A stretch of 64,000 nt of DNA from an uncultured Methanosarcinales archaeon (GTDB taxonomy: Archaea; Nanobdellota; Nanobdellia; Woesearchaeales; GW2011-AR9), in contig CAYJXA010000006.1 in assembly GCA_964373955.1 (NCBI GenBank), forward strand, positions 1,735 through 65,734. The letters are read 5' to 3'. Position 1 is the stretch's first letter; every line of letters begins with the position of its first letter. This document shows positions 36,551 to 46,870 of this stretch, piece after piece. The translations under genes and the position numbers were made by a program. The notes under the pieces were generated by a model, which was given only the letters and a program-made list of their open reading frames with translations, searched no databases and was not told the origin of the DNA.

Positions 36551-39500
36551 TTAGAGTACGCTCTCGCAATAACTTAATCCGCCTTGTTCTAAATCATCAG
36601 CGATAGTAATTATAAATGACACGGTTCCTTCAATCCAGTCTATGACATCCCAGAGGAAGTATAATAGGTTACATGCTGAAGAGAGAGTTCCTGAAACAGC
36701 ACAACTAATTCCACATCCTAAAATAGTGGCCGTGTGCGCTAAAGCGAGAGGATCTTTTAAAGCATTACGCAATAGATTAATTATTCCATCGTAGAACTGT
36801 GAAAAAGGCAGGATGTACCACAATTCGCCAATAAAATACTTGCACGTAAGCAGTCCTTCCAACTCACTGCAGCTCTCCACTGTGGCAAGATTTGCTTTGA
36901 CTTCATTCTCCAAACAATAAATTTTTCGACACTTGATTTGTCGATATTTGTCTAAATTATGAACTAACCCCGGTACACAGAGTGCGGCTATCGAGAGATA
37001 CAAATTATCATACACGCTCCGTGCCGGCTTCCATGCTTGCTGATCCTTCCCTAAGGGGGAAGTGGGACTTTTTAATATTTCAATGTTCATGAGTTGATTA
37101 TATTTTTCAGGAATCGCCCCCACCCAGGTGTCATACCACCCCAGGCCAGTATCCGCTTTACAAGATAGAATACTGAGTGGTACTGAAAGGGCTGTTGCAG
37201 CAGTGTCAGCAGTATCAACAGCTCCATTCATTCCCAGGCAAGTTGCAATCATGGAGCCGGAGGCGGGGGTTTCCCGGAGAATATTATCTGTTCCTGATTC
37301 TAGTGCATTTACAATTTTGGCTGCTCCAATAATAACAGTAGCAATCCCGGCAATATACCTCAACCACTTAATAATTTTCTCGAGCGTTCCAATGACTCCC
37401 CAGAATCCAGTGCTGGCGGCTTCTCGTTCGTTTTTAATTATCTCTTCCAAATTAGCATCAGGAGCGCCCAAAGTTGAAAAGCCAAAGGGAACACTCACCG
37501 TTACTTCCTGCAGTTCCGCTCTAGCAAGAGCATTTCCGTCAACGGCAGAAAAGATTTGGAAGGTACACATATAACCCACTTCTCGAGTGGTAAATTCTTC
37601 TCCGCCAGTTTCTGCCAAATTAAACAGAGCTACCCCGTCAAAGGGCTCAAACTCCAGCACAATCTTTGGTCGGGGAGAAGTGTCTCCTTGCGGACTTACA
37701 CCCGCGTACAGAAGTGCCCTGCTTACAACGGGAGTGGGCAATACAGTAGGAGTTGCGTTTTGATCTAATCTCCCTCCGGGAGGAGCAGCTGTTTGTTGTT
37801 GCGTCGGAACACATTCCCTCAATTCAATGTTTACTGCTTCTGCCGTTGTTCCTGATTTTTCCAAGCGGATTTCAAAAGGCATTCGCGTATAAGTAAGAGG
37901 AGCGATATCTAAATCAATGAAGTTACTGAGTCCTCCCAGCGGAACAACTCGGCTTACTTCCCAATAATCTGGATTTTCTTCAAGGCTCAATCCTAAGAGA
38001 TCAAAAGTCAGGGTGCCTTTACTATTTTGCACTGCACTCCACTCTACGTTCTTTGCGTCCGTAGGCCAAGAGTTTGCATCATTTCCAGCAGTATCTTGAA
38101 TTCTGATATCCACCCTTACTCCTCGCTCGGGGCCACTTTTGATCGGGTCCGTTATTATTTCGCAGTCCCATGCTCCGCCTTCCGCTCTTTCACAACTCTG
38201 TTCACTAAAAACTTGCCAGCCCGTTGTGGGTGAAATATCCCGGGTAAATTCATTCTCCGGAAATAAGGTTTCAGCATCCATGATGAGATCATTTGCGTTC
38301 ACTAGAATGGTGAGTCCACTACTTTCTAACGCTTTGAATTTGATTTTGAGCCGGTCATTGCTTTGGAAGTAATCTTTATCTCCAACATCGGAAACTCCAT
38401 ACGCTTCCATGGTTTCTACTTTTGGTCCAGTGGTATCTACCGCCAGTTCCAATTCTGGCTTCTCGGCCTCATTTCCAACATTATCTTCGAATTTTGAAAG
38501 CCCTATTCTGGCTACGCCGTCAGAACTAAATGTTTTGCTGGTATCCCAATAGCAACTGAAAATGGAAAGAGTTTGATTGCAAAAGGTAGGCGCTTCGGAA
38601 GAGCTCCTTCCCAGTGCATCCAGATTTGCCCTGATGCCATTTGCAGTTATTCCTGCTCCTTGCTCATCTACTGCTAACAATATCCGTTGATTGCCACTCT
38701 TTACGTAACTTTTCCCTTCAAACATCCGTTCGGTGCCAAAGAACTGTATTCGGGGAAGGGAAGTATCGCGAGTAAAACTTTCTACCAAATTCCGCTCGGC
38801 AATATTTCCAAATTCATCTTCGGCTATTATTTGCACTGAGATAGAATTCTCTCGGGGATTTACTTCCACATTGCGCCATGCACAATGCCACACTCCCACT
38901 TCGTCGGGATCTTCATCACAATCTGCTTCCTCTCCATTCAATGATGCTAATCCAGAATATCCTTTTACTACCGGAATACTTGATTCAACAATATCAAGAG
39001 TAATATCTGTTCTGGTAACAAAATTTCCCACGAATTGTCCAAAGGCAGTAAAATTAAGATTATCTTGAATTGCCGGCGCCACAAAATCAATGGGAAAACT
39101 TTGAATGGCAGATGTTCCGCTATGCCCTAGCCAATCCTGAGCTCGTATTTTTATTCGTTGTACTTGCTGCCCGGATAAACTTGCCTGGAGAATTCCCGAA
39201 AATTGCCCATCATTGAGATAATTATATTCTCGCCTTCCGGGAGCATCGATACTTATGGTTTGGAGGACGTTTCCAGTATCAGGATCAACCATCTCGATTG
39301 TCTTTATGCCCACCGAAGGGGCTCCCGACGCAATGCTATCATCAACGGTAAAATCAAGTTGGATTTTTCCTTCGCTATTCTGGCGAACATCGTGAATCTG
39401 TATTCCCGGAGCAGAACCATCCGATCTGATCACTTCTCCGTTAGAAACGGAATCAGGAACGCTTAGAGCATTGAGAAAATTATAAATGACTTGGAAGGCA

Positions 39501-39844
39501 TATTCCGCTTCGCTGATTCCATCGGTTAAGGGACTAATATATTCACAGGTTGCTCCCAGGGCAGTTTCCGTGCAGGAAGTGAAGTCAGCTTCGTTTGCTC
39601 CGATCTTAATTTTAACATCATTGGGATTGATGGCTCTATCCGGAACCCCGCTAATGGTTGCTTCAACTGTCCAAGTATCACCTTGAGCGTCGAGATATCC
39701 TCGAATTCCTGCTTCTCCTGAATTTTTGGTTATTTGAACGGAAGCAGCAAGCGCATCCGCGGAATAAACGGGAATACTAATGACTAAGGCAATGATGAAA
39801 AGTCCAACAATACTCCATCCTCTTTGAGGGTTCATCTCATCCAT
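36551..39844 (-). CDS. Giant secreted protein 2 (1097 aa) with signal peptide and about 300-aa hydrophobic Cys-rich C-terminal region
   Basis: N-terminal signal sequence GLFIIALVISIPVYSADA. Long beta-rich ectodomain. C-terminal region with several hydrophobic segments and many Cys. Start overlaps the upstream gene's end by 8 nt. Confidence 0.65.
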   Translation of the reverse strand: MDEMNPQRGWSIVGLFIIALVISIPVYSADALAASVQITKNSGEAGIRGYLDAQGDTWTVEATISGVPDRAINPNDVKIKIGANEADFTSCTETALGATCEYISPLTDGISEAEYAFQVIYNFLNALSVPDSVSNGEVIRSDGSAPGIQIHDVRQNSEGKIQLDFTVDDSIASGAPSVGIKTIEMVDPDTGNVLQTISIDAPGRREYNYLNDGQFSGILQASLSGQQVQRIKIRAQDWLGHSGTSAIQSFPIDFVAPAIQDNLNFTAFGQFVGNFVTRTDITLDIVESSIPVVKGYSGLASLNGEEADCDEDPDEVGVWHCAWRNVEVNPRENSISVQIIAEDEFGNIAERNLVESFTRDTSLPRIQFFGTERMFEGKSYVKSGNQRILLAVDEQGAGITANGIRANLDALGRSSSEAPTFCNQTLSIFSCYWDTSKTFSSDGVARIGLSKFEDNVGNEAEKPELELAVDTTGPKVETMEAYGVSDVGDKDYFQSNDRLKIKFKALESSGLTILVNANDLIMDAETLFPENEFTRDISPTTGWQVFSEQSCERAEGGAWDCEIITDPIKSGPERGVRVDIRIQDTAGNDANSWPTDAKNVEWSAVQNSKGTLTFDLLGLSLEENPDYWEVSRVVPLGGLSNFIDLDIAPLTYTRMPFEIRLEKSGTTAEAVNIELRECVPTQQQTAAPPGGRLDQNATPTVLPTPVVSRALLYAGVSPQGDTSPRPKIVLEFEPFDGVALFNLAETGGEEFTTREVGYMCTFQIFSAVDGNALARAELQEVTVSVPFGFSTLGAPDANLEEIIKNEREAASTGFWGVIGTLEKIIKWLRYIAGIATVIIGAAKIVNALESGTDNILRETPASGSMIATCLGMNGAVDTADTAATALSVPLSILSCKADTGLGWYDTWVGAIPEKYNQLMNIEILKSPTSPLGKDQQAWKPARSVYDNLYLSIAALCVPGLVHNLDKYRQIKCRKIYCLENEVKANLATVESCSELEGLLTCKYFIGELWYILPFSQFYDGIINLLRNALKDPLALAHTATILGCGISCAVSGTLSSACNLLYFLWDVIDWIEGTVSFIITIADDLEQGGLSYCESVL

Positions 39845-42185
39845 ACCTCGGTTCTAAATTTGCTCGTAATTGCTGGGAAAAGTTTCCTAGCTGCCCAATA
39901 ACTTGCAGATCTTCAAGCACTCTTAGATGTTCTTCTTCCGGAACTCCGTGAAGGTTAACACTGGGAATATAAAAAGTGATCTGATCAGTAGTATAAAGTT
40001 GTTCGGGCGTAATCCTAAGATACATTTGTTCTGTATCCCATTGTATTTGGCCCGTTAACATTTTTTCGAGCACAGTTCTATCAAACGTAAAGCAGCAGCC
40101 ACTTGCGTCAAAACAGGCAACTGATTCCATGAATCCCCCCGTACAACGCTCTTCTTCCGGGATGACTACTTCTTGTTCGCTGGTTAATAAGCCCTGCACT
40201 TTGTATATCCCGGGGACGAGTTCTACTTCCGTTGGTGAATTTCCTTGCACGGCAATGCTGGCGGTAAATTCATCGCTAAACACTCCGGGTGTGAGATCAG
40301 CAACCCTTTCTAAGATAAGTGTGCCTGTTTCACTCTCTTCGAGCGCAACCGGAGTGTTCGTGTACACCCAAGAATGAACAGAGCTTAGCATCTGTGGTTG
40401 ATACGAATAGAGTGGCTGTTGATTCGCTGAGAATAATCCTTGCGTGTAACATCTGCCGTTAATGCATTTTTCAATGTTTTTCTTTTTGATGGTTACATTA
40501 ATGAGTTTGAGTGGGTGCAATTCTATGGCTCGTTCCGCTGGGTTTAATCCCGCGACTGCATATCCCATAATGCCGGGCTGTTTCTTGAAAGTATAGGTGT
40601 CGATAGGATAAAAACTGGTGAGATAATCTTCTTTCATGAAACTTCCCACTCCGCCGTACACCGCAGGATATTTACTTTCTAATTCTCCGCGAACATTGGT
40701 TGCGCCAATGATACAGTCAGCACTTTCCGGAATGGAAAAGCCAACTTGCACTGCTTCCAGTGGGTTTAAATTGGAGCTATCCACTACAACTGTTCTAATC
40801 GGTTCCGTATTCCATTTCCGTTCATCACAGGCCATGCTGGTTCCTACCGCTGCAATCGGCGGGGGTAATACTTGTCCCGATTCAATGGGCTGATTATTTC
40901 GAATGTTCGCTTCCAGCGCAAACACAAAAGTGTAGCCTTCCCCCCCAAATGCTGCTGGATCCCTGAGCGTGATGAGAACGGGATAACTGATGTCGTATGT
41001 CGTGTAATAGTGATTGGTATTAAATTGCAGACGGCTGAAACTGGCGCCGTAACTGCTTGGCTCAATTCTTCCTCCCTTATCGTTGAGGTCAAAATACGGT
41101 TCCCACCCAAAATAATCAAAATTTACTTCCACATCATTCCCCTTCTCTAGCGGAATAATCATATTATCATAATTTTTCTGGTATAAATCGCGGAGATCTA
41201 CCACCGCCTCTTCGCTGGGCTGGTAATCATACCGATAGAAATTTGCCGCTCCCAGATACCGAAGCAGGGGCACATGGGACGTGAGTATGCCTTTCACTTT
41301 CTCTTGCACATCCGCTTCCGTCCAATATGCAGTGGGAATAAGGTCAAAGGTCACTGCTTCCGTCGGAGGAAGTTTTGCTGGATCAACCGCTGAGTACGTT
41401 GAAACCAAATCCAATGCCTGCCGTTCCAAGAAGCTATAATTTACTTCCGTTTGTGTAATTTCGTCTGCGATTTCATAGTAATGCTTGAATCGGAGCGGGA
41501 TTTTGACATAGAATTGTTCAAAAGTATGGGTAGCTTCTCCTTTGGCTGCGTCTACTTCCATTGTTAACAGGAAGTTGACACTGTTTTCTCCCACTTTTGC
41601 TTCTGTTTCAGGAAGGGAATTAATAGCAACAGTAAAGCCTTGTTCCGTGAAGGTGTTATAATTTCCCAAGCATGCAGATAAGCGTTCATTGACATACCTT
41701 CCGAGTTGCGCTTCCATGCTTAATTCAGGGTCGTCAGCATAGTGTAATTTTGGTTGCAAGGAACTAAAAGTGATTTCAGAGGCGGTATTGGGGGCAAGAT
41801 TATAATGCCAATAGGGCACTCTTGCCGGCTCTAAATTTATTCCCGGTGAGTCTGTCGGGTTGCTTTCGGAATATTCTCCCAGCAACTCTGGATGGATATA
41901 GCCTCCTTGCTGGCCAAGGACAAGCAATCCCCTTTTTCCAATCTGCGAGAGGCAATTCTCCGTATAAACATTGAGAGGAATAAAAGTTTGTGGCACTTCC
42001 GCAAGGATGGGCTCGCCTTCTGCGCTGAGTTTGCTTTTGGTAGATATTTGCGTGAAGTAAAGAATTCCCGCGAACGTAAATACCAATACAATACCTACTA
42101 TTATGAAAATAGTTACTTGCCCACGCTTAGAAGGATAAATAAGATTAGGACTACTTCTATTTCCACTCCCTCTTTTACACACCAT
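39837..42185 (-). CDS. Large membrane-anchored extracellular protein 3 (782 aa), co-operonic with giant protein 2
   Basis: N-terminal TM anchor VTIFIIVGIVLVFTFAGILYF; 8-nt overlap with the downstream gene start. Confidence 0.6.
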   Translation of the reverse strand: MVCKRGSGNRSSPNLIYPSKRGQVTIFIIVGIVLVFTFAGILYFTQISTKSKLSAEGEPILAEVPQTFIPLNVYTENCLSQIGKRGLLVLGQQGGYIHPELLGEYSESNPTDSPGINLEPARVPYWHYNLAPNTASEITFSSLQPKLHYADDPELSMEAQLGRYVNERLSACLGNYNTFTEQGFTVAINSLPETEAKVGENSVNFLLTMEVDAAKGEATHTFEQFYVKIPLRFKHYYEIADEITQTEVNYSFLERQALDLVSTYSAVDPAKLPPTEAVTFDLIPTAYWTEADVQEKVKGILTSHVPLLRYLGAANFYRYDYQPSEEAVVDLRDLYQKNYDNMIIPLEKGNDVEVNFDYFGWEPYFDLNDKGGRIEPSSYGASFSRLQFNTNHYYTTYDISYPVLITLRDPAAFGGEGYTFVFALEANIRNNQPIESGQVLPPPIAAVGTSMACDERKWNTEPIRTVVVDSSNLNPLEAVQVGFSIPESADCIIGATNVRGELESKYPAVYGGVGSFMKEDYLTSFYPIDTYTFKKQPGIMGYAVAGLNPAERAIELHPLKLINVTIKKKNIEKCINGRCYTQGLFSANQQPLYSYQPQMLSSVHSWVYTNTPVALEESETGTLILERVADLTPGVFSDEFTASIAVQGNSPTEVELVPGIYKVQGLLTSEQEVVIPEEERCTGGFMESVACFDASGCCFTFDRTVLEKMLTGQIQWDTEQMYLRITPEQLYTTDQITFYIPSVNLHGVPEEEHLRVLEDLQVIGQLGNFSQQLRANLEPRYG

Positions 42186-42258
42186 AGTTATAGCCTATAG
42201 GAAAGAATGAAGGTATATAAAGGTTTGGATTAATTGAAGCGGAAATTACTCTGGGATT

Positions 42259-45045
42259 TTAGAAGATCCTAGAACCGTCTTTAACTCCATGGCAAATGAC
42301 CTCTTCCACTTTGCTTGCTAACTTTTTTCCTTCAAAAAAGACTCGTCCGCCACGAACGAATAATTCTAATTTTTTAAATTCTTCAAAGGTGACTTCTTTG
42401 TGACTGTTCTCCACTCCTTCGAAATGGACTTCTTCCCCGATCTTCGTTTTCTTCACTTCCAATGGAGCGACATTTTCGCGATCATCTCCCACCATAATCA
42501 TCGCTTCGGAAAGTTCCCCTCTTATTTTTGCAGGTTTCATGTTGGCACAGAAAACCACTTGTCTATTGAGCAAAAGGTCTTTAGGAATGGACTTCTTCAG
42601 TCCTGCCACTACTTGTTTTTTTCCCAGTTCCGGGCCTAAATCTACCTGCAGGAGGTATAAGCTGTCCGCATTAGGATGATCTTTCACTGCCAGGATCTTG
42701 CCTACCACTAAATACAGTGGAAATAATCGTATCTGCATCGTTGGAAGAAGTTTATACTCTCCACCATTATATTTGGTGATCAATTCGCACGCTCTCTGAA
42801 CTGCTTGTTCCATCTCTCTTTCGCTAATCTTAGTATTCCCAAAGGCAACCAAGACTAAGTTTGTCGAGTCGATAGTTGTTATAGTCTGTTTGCATTGCTT
42901 TGAAAATCTTCCGATAATCTTTTTCTTATCTGAATACACTATTTCTCCTTCTTTTAGCTTTTCGGTGGTTCCATCGAGTGATAAGAAGGACTCTCCCTCC
43001 CTGCAGAAGCGAACCTCTATATCCTCATCTAATTTAGAAAGGTCGTGGGTGGCCATGGCTATATTGCTCTCAACAGAGACGGCATTATAAAGATCAACAA
43101 CAGTATTTATTTGTGGTAATTTCCCTTTCTCACGAATTAGTTTGATGAGGTTTATAACAGCATTGGGATTTTTTCTAGAATCGACTCCAGTTTTACGATC
43201 TATGTTGGCATACTCCTCTAAAATCTCATGTCGTTCGTAGTTAGCAATATTCTTCCGGACTTCATCTTTTATTCTTTCTATTCCCTCATGTTTTTTCTTA
43301 ATGTGTACGCCACTTAGTTGAGCTACTCGTACTTTAACTCCCATCTCTTCAATGACAGGATCTACGGAATACCTGACGACTCTTACTTCTTCCGTAGTGT
43401 GGGGGGGAGTTCCCACCTCAATTTTTTCTACTAGTTTTGCAGTCGGTTTGACCTTTCCTTTCCAGTTAAAAGATAAACCATCCCAATCCCACTGTTCCTT
43501 CCCCACTGCTGCTTGAATCTTTGCAGAAAAAGCAGGAAGAATAGGGGAGACCATAATTCCCAAATCTCTTGCTACGTTTACACACCACCCCACCGCTGCT
43601 TTGTTTACAGCGTTCTGGGGATCTTTCCAGACTTCTGATTTCTGAAAATAAGCATTGCCCAAATCTGCAATTTTTAAAATATTTTTTACTGCCCCTTTAA
43701 AGTCTTCTAGGAAATAATTCTTTCTAATTTCTTCGATGAGAGATTTAATTTGTACAGTTATCTCTTGGTTTTCTGCAATAGTAGTGATGGAAGCATAATT
43801 CTTCTCCGCAAACGTCAGCACCCTATAACAGAAGTTCCCAACATTTCCCATTAAGACGTTGTTATTCAGAGCAATGAAGTCATTAAAATTTAAATCCACA
43901 TCAATCACTCTTCGATCCAAATGGCTCGCGTAAAAGAATCGCAATGATTCTGCGGGATATAACTTCAAAAAATCTTTTGCAGTGAAGAAGGTTCCCCTGC
44001 TTTTGCTCATCTTCTGCCCGTCAACGGTAATGAATCCATGCACCGTGAGCGCTGGCAAAGGAATATTCATGGCCATGAGCATTGCTGGCCAAAATAAGAA
44101 ATGGAAATAAGAAATGTCCTTGCCAATGAAGTGGTGTACTTTGCCTTTAATCCAGTACTCTTCCCATTTTACTTTCTTCCGATCACAATAATTTTTCGTT
44201 GAAGAAATGTAGCCGATGGGTGCATCCATCCACACATAAAAATACTTAACTTCCCCGGTTTCATCTTTGCTGCCGGGAATTTCAAAGCCAAAATAAGGAG
44301 CATCCCGGGAAATACACCAGTCTTCCAATCCTTTCGTTATCCATTCTTTCAGCCAATTGCGCACTTCCGGCTGTAAATGCGCAGTAGGAGAAGTTATCCA
44401 TTGTTCTAATCTCTTAGAAAAAGCACTTAATTTGAAAAAGTAATGCTCGCTTTCCTTCTGGATTGGTGTTCTCCCACAGAGAGCACATTTTGGATTGATG
44501 AGATCGTTCCCCTTCAAGACGCTGCTGCAGCTCTCGCAAACGTCTCCATATTGATCCAGGGTGGTGCAGTAAGGGCAGGTTCCTTTAACATAACGGTCTG
44601 GCAAGGAACGGGCGCAGTGCTCGCAGTAAATTACATTAATTTTTTTTGTGGAAATGTACCCTTGTTTTTTAAGCTCGGTAAAAAAATGTTCCGCCAGTTC
44701 TTTGTTCTCAGGTGAATGGGTTTTGTAATAATTATCAAATTGAATTAGAAAAGAAGCAAAATCCTGCTGATGATCTTTCCAAAACTCATTGGCGAACTTT
44801 TCCGGATCCTTTTTTGCTTTGGCAGCATTTACTTCGATGGGAGTGCCATGCATATCGGAAGCGCAAATGTAAAGTGCATCTTTTCCTTGCAATTTGAGGA
44901 AGCGAGTGTAGATATCTGCCTGGATGTATTCTAAAAGATGGCCGATATGGATAGGACCATTAGCGTAAGGGAGAGCAGCAGTAACTATAATTTTTTCATC
45001 CTTTTTTGTACTGTTTTTTTTGCCGGTTGCCGCTGCTTTCTTCAT
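42259..45045 (-). CDS. metG: Methionyl-tRNA synthetase with extended C-terminus (B3/4-like plus EMAP/Trbp111-like tRNA-binding domains)
   Basis: HIGH-type motif PYANGPIHIGH, KMSKS, Zn knuckle CEHC...CPYC. C-terminal ...VAVKDHPNADSLYLLQVDLG... OK-fold tRNA-binding motif. An extra roughly 200-aa module between them. 928 aa in total. Confidence 0.8.
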   Translation of the reverse strand: MKKAAATGKKNSTKKDEKIIVTAALPYANGPIHIGHLLEYIQADIYTRFLKLQGKDALYICASDMHGTPIEVNAAKAKKDPEKFANEFWKDHQQDFASFLIQFDNYYKTHSPENKELAEHFFTELKKQGYISTKKINVIYCEHCARSLPDRYVKGTCPYCTTLDQYGDVCESCSSVLKGNDLINPKCALCGRTPIQKESEHYFFKLSAFSKRLEQWITSPTAHLQPEVRNWLKEWITKGLEDWCISRDAPYFGFEIPGSKDETGEVKYFYVWMDAPIGYISSTKNYCDRKKVKWEEYWIKGKVHHFIGKDISYFHFLFWPAMLMAMNIPLPALTVHGFITVDGQKMSKSRGTFFTAKDFLKLYPAESLRFFYASHLDRRVIDVDLNFNDFIALNNNVLMGNVGNFCYRVLTFAEKNYASITTIAENQEITVQIKSLIEEIRKNYFLEDFKGAVKNILKIADLGNAYFQKSEVWKDPQNAVNKAAVGWCVNVARDLGIMVSPILPAFSAKIQAAVGKEQWDWDGLSFNWKGKVKPTAKLVEKIEVGTPPHTTEEVRVVRYSVDPVIEEMGVKVRVAQLSGVHIKKKHEGIERIKDEVRKNIANYERHEILEEYANIDRKTGVDSRKNPNAVINLIKLIREKGKLPQINTVVDLYNAVSVESNIAMATHDLSKLDEDIEVRFCREGESFLSLDGTTEKLKEGEIVYSDKKKIIGRFSKQCKQTITTIDSTNLVLVAFGNTKISEREMEQAVQRACELITKYNGGEYKLLPTMQIRLFPLYLVVGKILAVKDHPNADSLYLLQVDLGPELGKKQVVAGLKKSIPKDLLLNRQVVFCANMKPAKIRGELSEAMIMVGDDRENVAPLEVKKTKIGEEVHFEGVENSHKEVTFEEFKKLELFVRGGRVFFEGKKLASKVEEVICHGVKDGSRIF

Positions 45046-45082
45046 AGTCGGAAAGAACGGAGAGAATTATATAAAGATTTCT

Positions 45083-46273
45083 CTAAGATCTAACGTCTAC
45101 TTTATTCCACGGCAGATCGTGATTATGGAACAAATCAGAATAATGAACCTGTTGTTGGTAAAGTCTGGCATCGCGTAAATGAAAACGTTGAATCGCTTCT
45201 TCAAATCCAAGAGGGATATGGTCTTGCACCCATCGTTCTAATTCCCGTTGTGGAAGTGTCGCCGTTCCGAGCGTAGATACCTCCAATAATTTTACGTCTT
45301 TCTGTCCCATGGTACAATCCAGTTTAACCCGAGCGTACTCTGCTAGTCCATTTGCAACAATTTGTACTGCAATGTAGCGAGCTAGATATGTGCCTGTTCC
45401 GGAAGGTTTGCTAGAGTCTTCTCCATAGGGGGAATCTTCCATTACCCCGTGCGAACCAAAGAAATGCCGCTGTGGCTTAGCTTCCCTGCTCCCTCTGTCT
45501 ACTTTCCACCCGCCTTCGTTTGCCCAGGGGCCTTTTGGGTTTACTTGTATAGTCGGAGAGCCAATGGCGAATGAATACTTTTCACTTAGCATCGCTGTAT
45601 AATTACGAACCAGCCTTTCAACATCTGATCTAAACCTCTCAAAAGAAATTCCCGGATCATGATTCAAACTAGCAGTAACATTATACACTCCTTTGAATTG
45701 TGCTCCCTCGTAGATTGCATCAGTGGTTATCTTCCCATCTTGACGTAATCCTGCTAGTTCTCTTATCCCTGCTCTTTCTGCAAGTTCTCTTGGCACCTGT
45801 CCTCTGGATGCAAAAATAGTGTCAAAAAGATTCCGTAATTCAACGGCAATGAAACGATCATGAGGAAGGAAGTGGGGAGCATCTCTGAAGGCAACCGCTA
45901 TGGGACGACCATCATCACCAATATTTCCGTTAAGAGCCAAATCAGATTCTTGCGCATTCAATTCTTCATAATTAAAGAGAAGATCACTTGCGGTTAGAGT
46001 AGTCCCATGTATTCTGTTGTAATGCTCTACTGTTAGATCAGTTAATTCGGCCGTTAAGCTAGGGGTGAGGAGTGAGCCACTCATTTCTCCTGAAATATTT
46101 ACTCGTAATCTCTCTGTTCTTCTGGAGTATCCTCCTTCTACACGTACATCAAATCTGGCTCTCGGATCTCTGGCAAGTAAATGTGCTCCGATTAAATGTG
46201 CTATGTTCGCATCTAACTCATCAGGTTTTCCCCTGCGCCCTGCCTCAAATGAATGGACTAATCGTTCAATCAT
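45083..46273 (-). CDS. Divergent bacterial-type S-adenosylmethionine synthetase (MetK-like)
   Basis: C-terminal GEDSSKPSGTGTYLARYIAVQIVANGLA aligns to MetK GKDP(S/T)[23 protein letters not shown]. N-terminal LARDPRARFDVRVEGG aligns to the MetK LEQDPKARVACE region. The GHPDK motif is degenerate (RRGKPDE). Confidence 0.5.
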   Translation of the reverse strand: MIERLVHSFEAGRRGKPDELDANIAHLIGAHLLARDPRARFDVRVEGGYSRRTERLRVNISGEMSGSLLTPSLTAELTDLTVEHYNRIHGTTLTASDLLFNYEELNAQESDLALNGNIGDDGRPIAVAFRDAPHFLPHDRFIAVELRNLFDTIFASRGQVPRELAERAGIRELAGLRQDGKITTDAIYEGAQFKGVYNVTASLNHDPGISFERFRSDVERLVRNYTAMLSEKYSFAIGSPTIQVNPKGPWANEGGWKVDRGSREAKPQRHFFGSHGVMEDSPYGEDSSKPSGTGTYLARYIAVQIVANGLAEYARVKLDCTMGQKDVKLLEVSTLGTATLPQRELERWVQDHIPLGFEEAIQRFHLRDARLYQQQVHYSDLFHNHDLPWNKVDVRS

Positions 46274-46400
46274 GGTGCGTTTGCAAACGATAAATTATTT
46301 ATAAATCATCCTGATAGAAATATTCTCAATGGAATATTAACTGAATTGATTAAGATAATTAAAAAATAAAAATAGATTTTAATATCCTCTCTCAAAATGC

Positions 46401-46772
46401 CTAATCTTTTTTTCTCGTAATCATTCTTCCCAACACTCCTGCCAATTCTGCAGCACCAATCATTAGCTCTGGAGCATATCGAGCAATGGTTGGCGCAACT
46501 ATGCCTGCCGTCAACAATCCAAGTAGGGTTCCTTGGCCATGCAATAACCATTCTCCCCATGTTGGAGCTTTAGTTACGTAGTGTTCATAAAAATGGTGCA
46601 TACCCATGTACCCTGCCACCGTGCCAGCAAGTACTGTTGCATACGCTAATGGATCATAAAGGCTACTTCTAGCATAGGTCCGTACTTGTGTGTCTGCGTA
46701 GCCTTGTCTATACGTTTGTCTTGCTATTTCTCCTAAATCCTGCACTGAGTTTCGAAGGTCTATTAAAACCAT
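46401..46772 (-). CDS. Small membrane protein
   Basis: 123 aa, three hydrophobic helices. Confidence 0.35.
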   Translation of the reverse strand: MVLIDLRNSVQDLGEIARQTYRQGYADTQVRTYARSSLYDPLAYATVLAGTVAGYMGMHHFYEHYVTKAPTWGEWLLHGQGTLLGLLTAGIVAPTIARYAPELMIGAAELAGVLGRMITRKKD

Positions 46773-46870
46773 TTTTGATCACCTTAATGTAGGCTAATGG
46801 GCCCTCAACTACTTAAAAATATTGACAAATTATAATAACATTTATAAATAAAGACAAATTATGGATAAAA

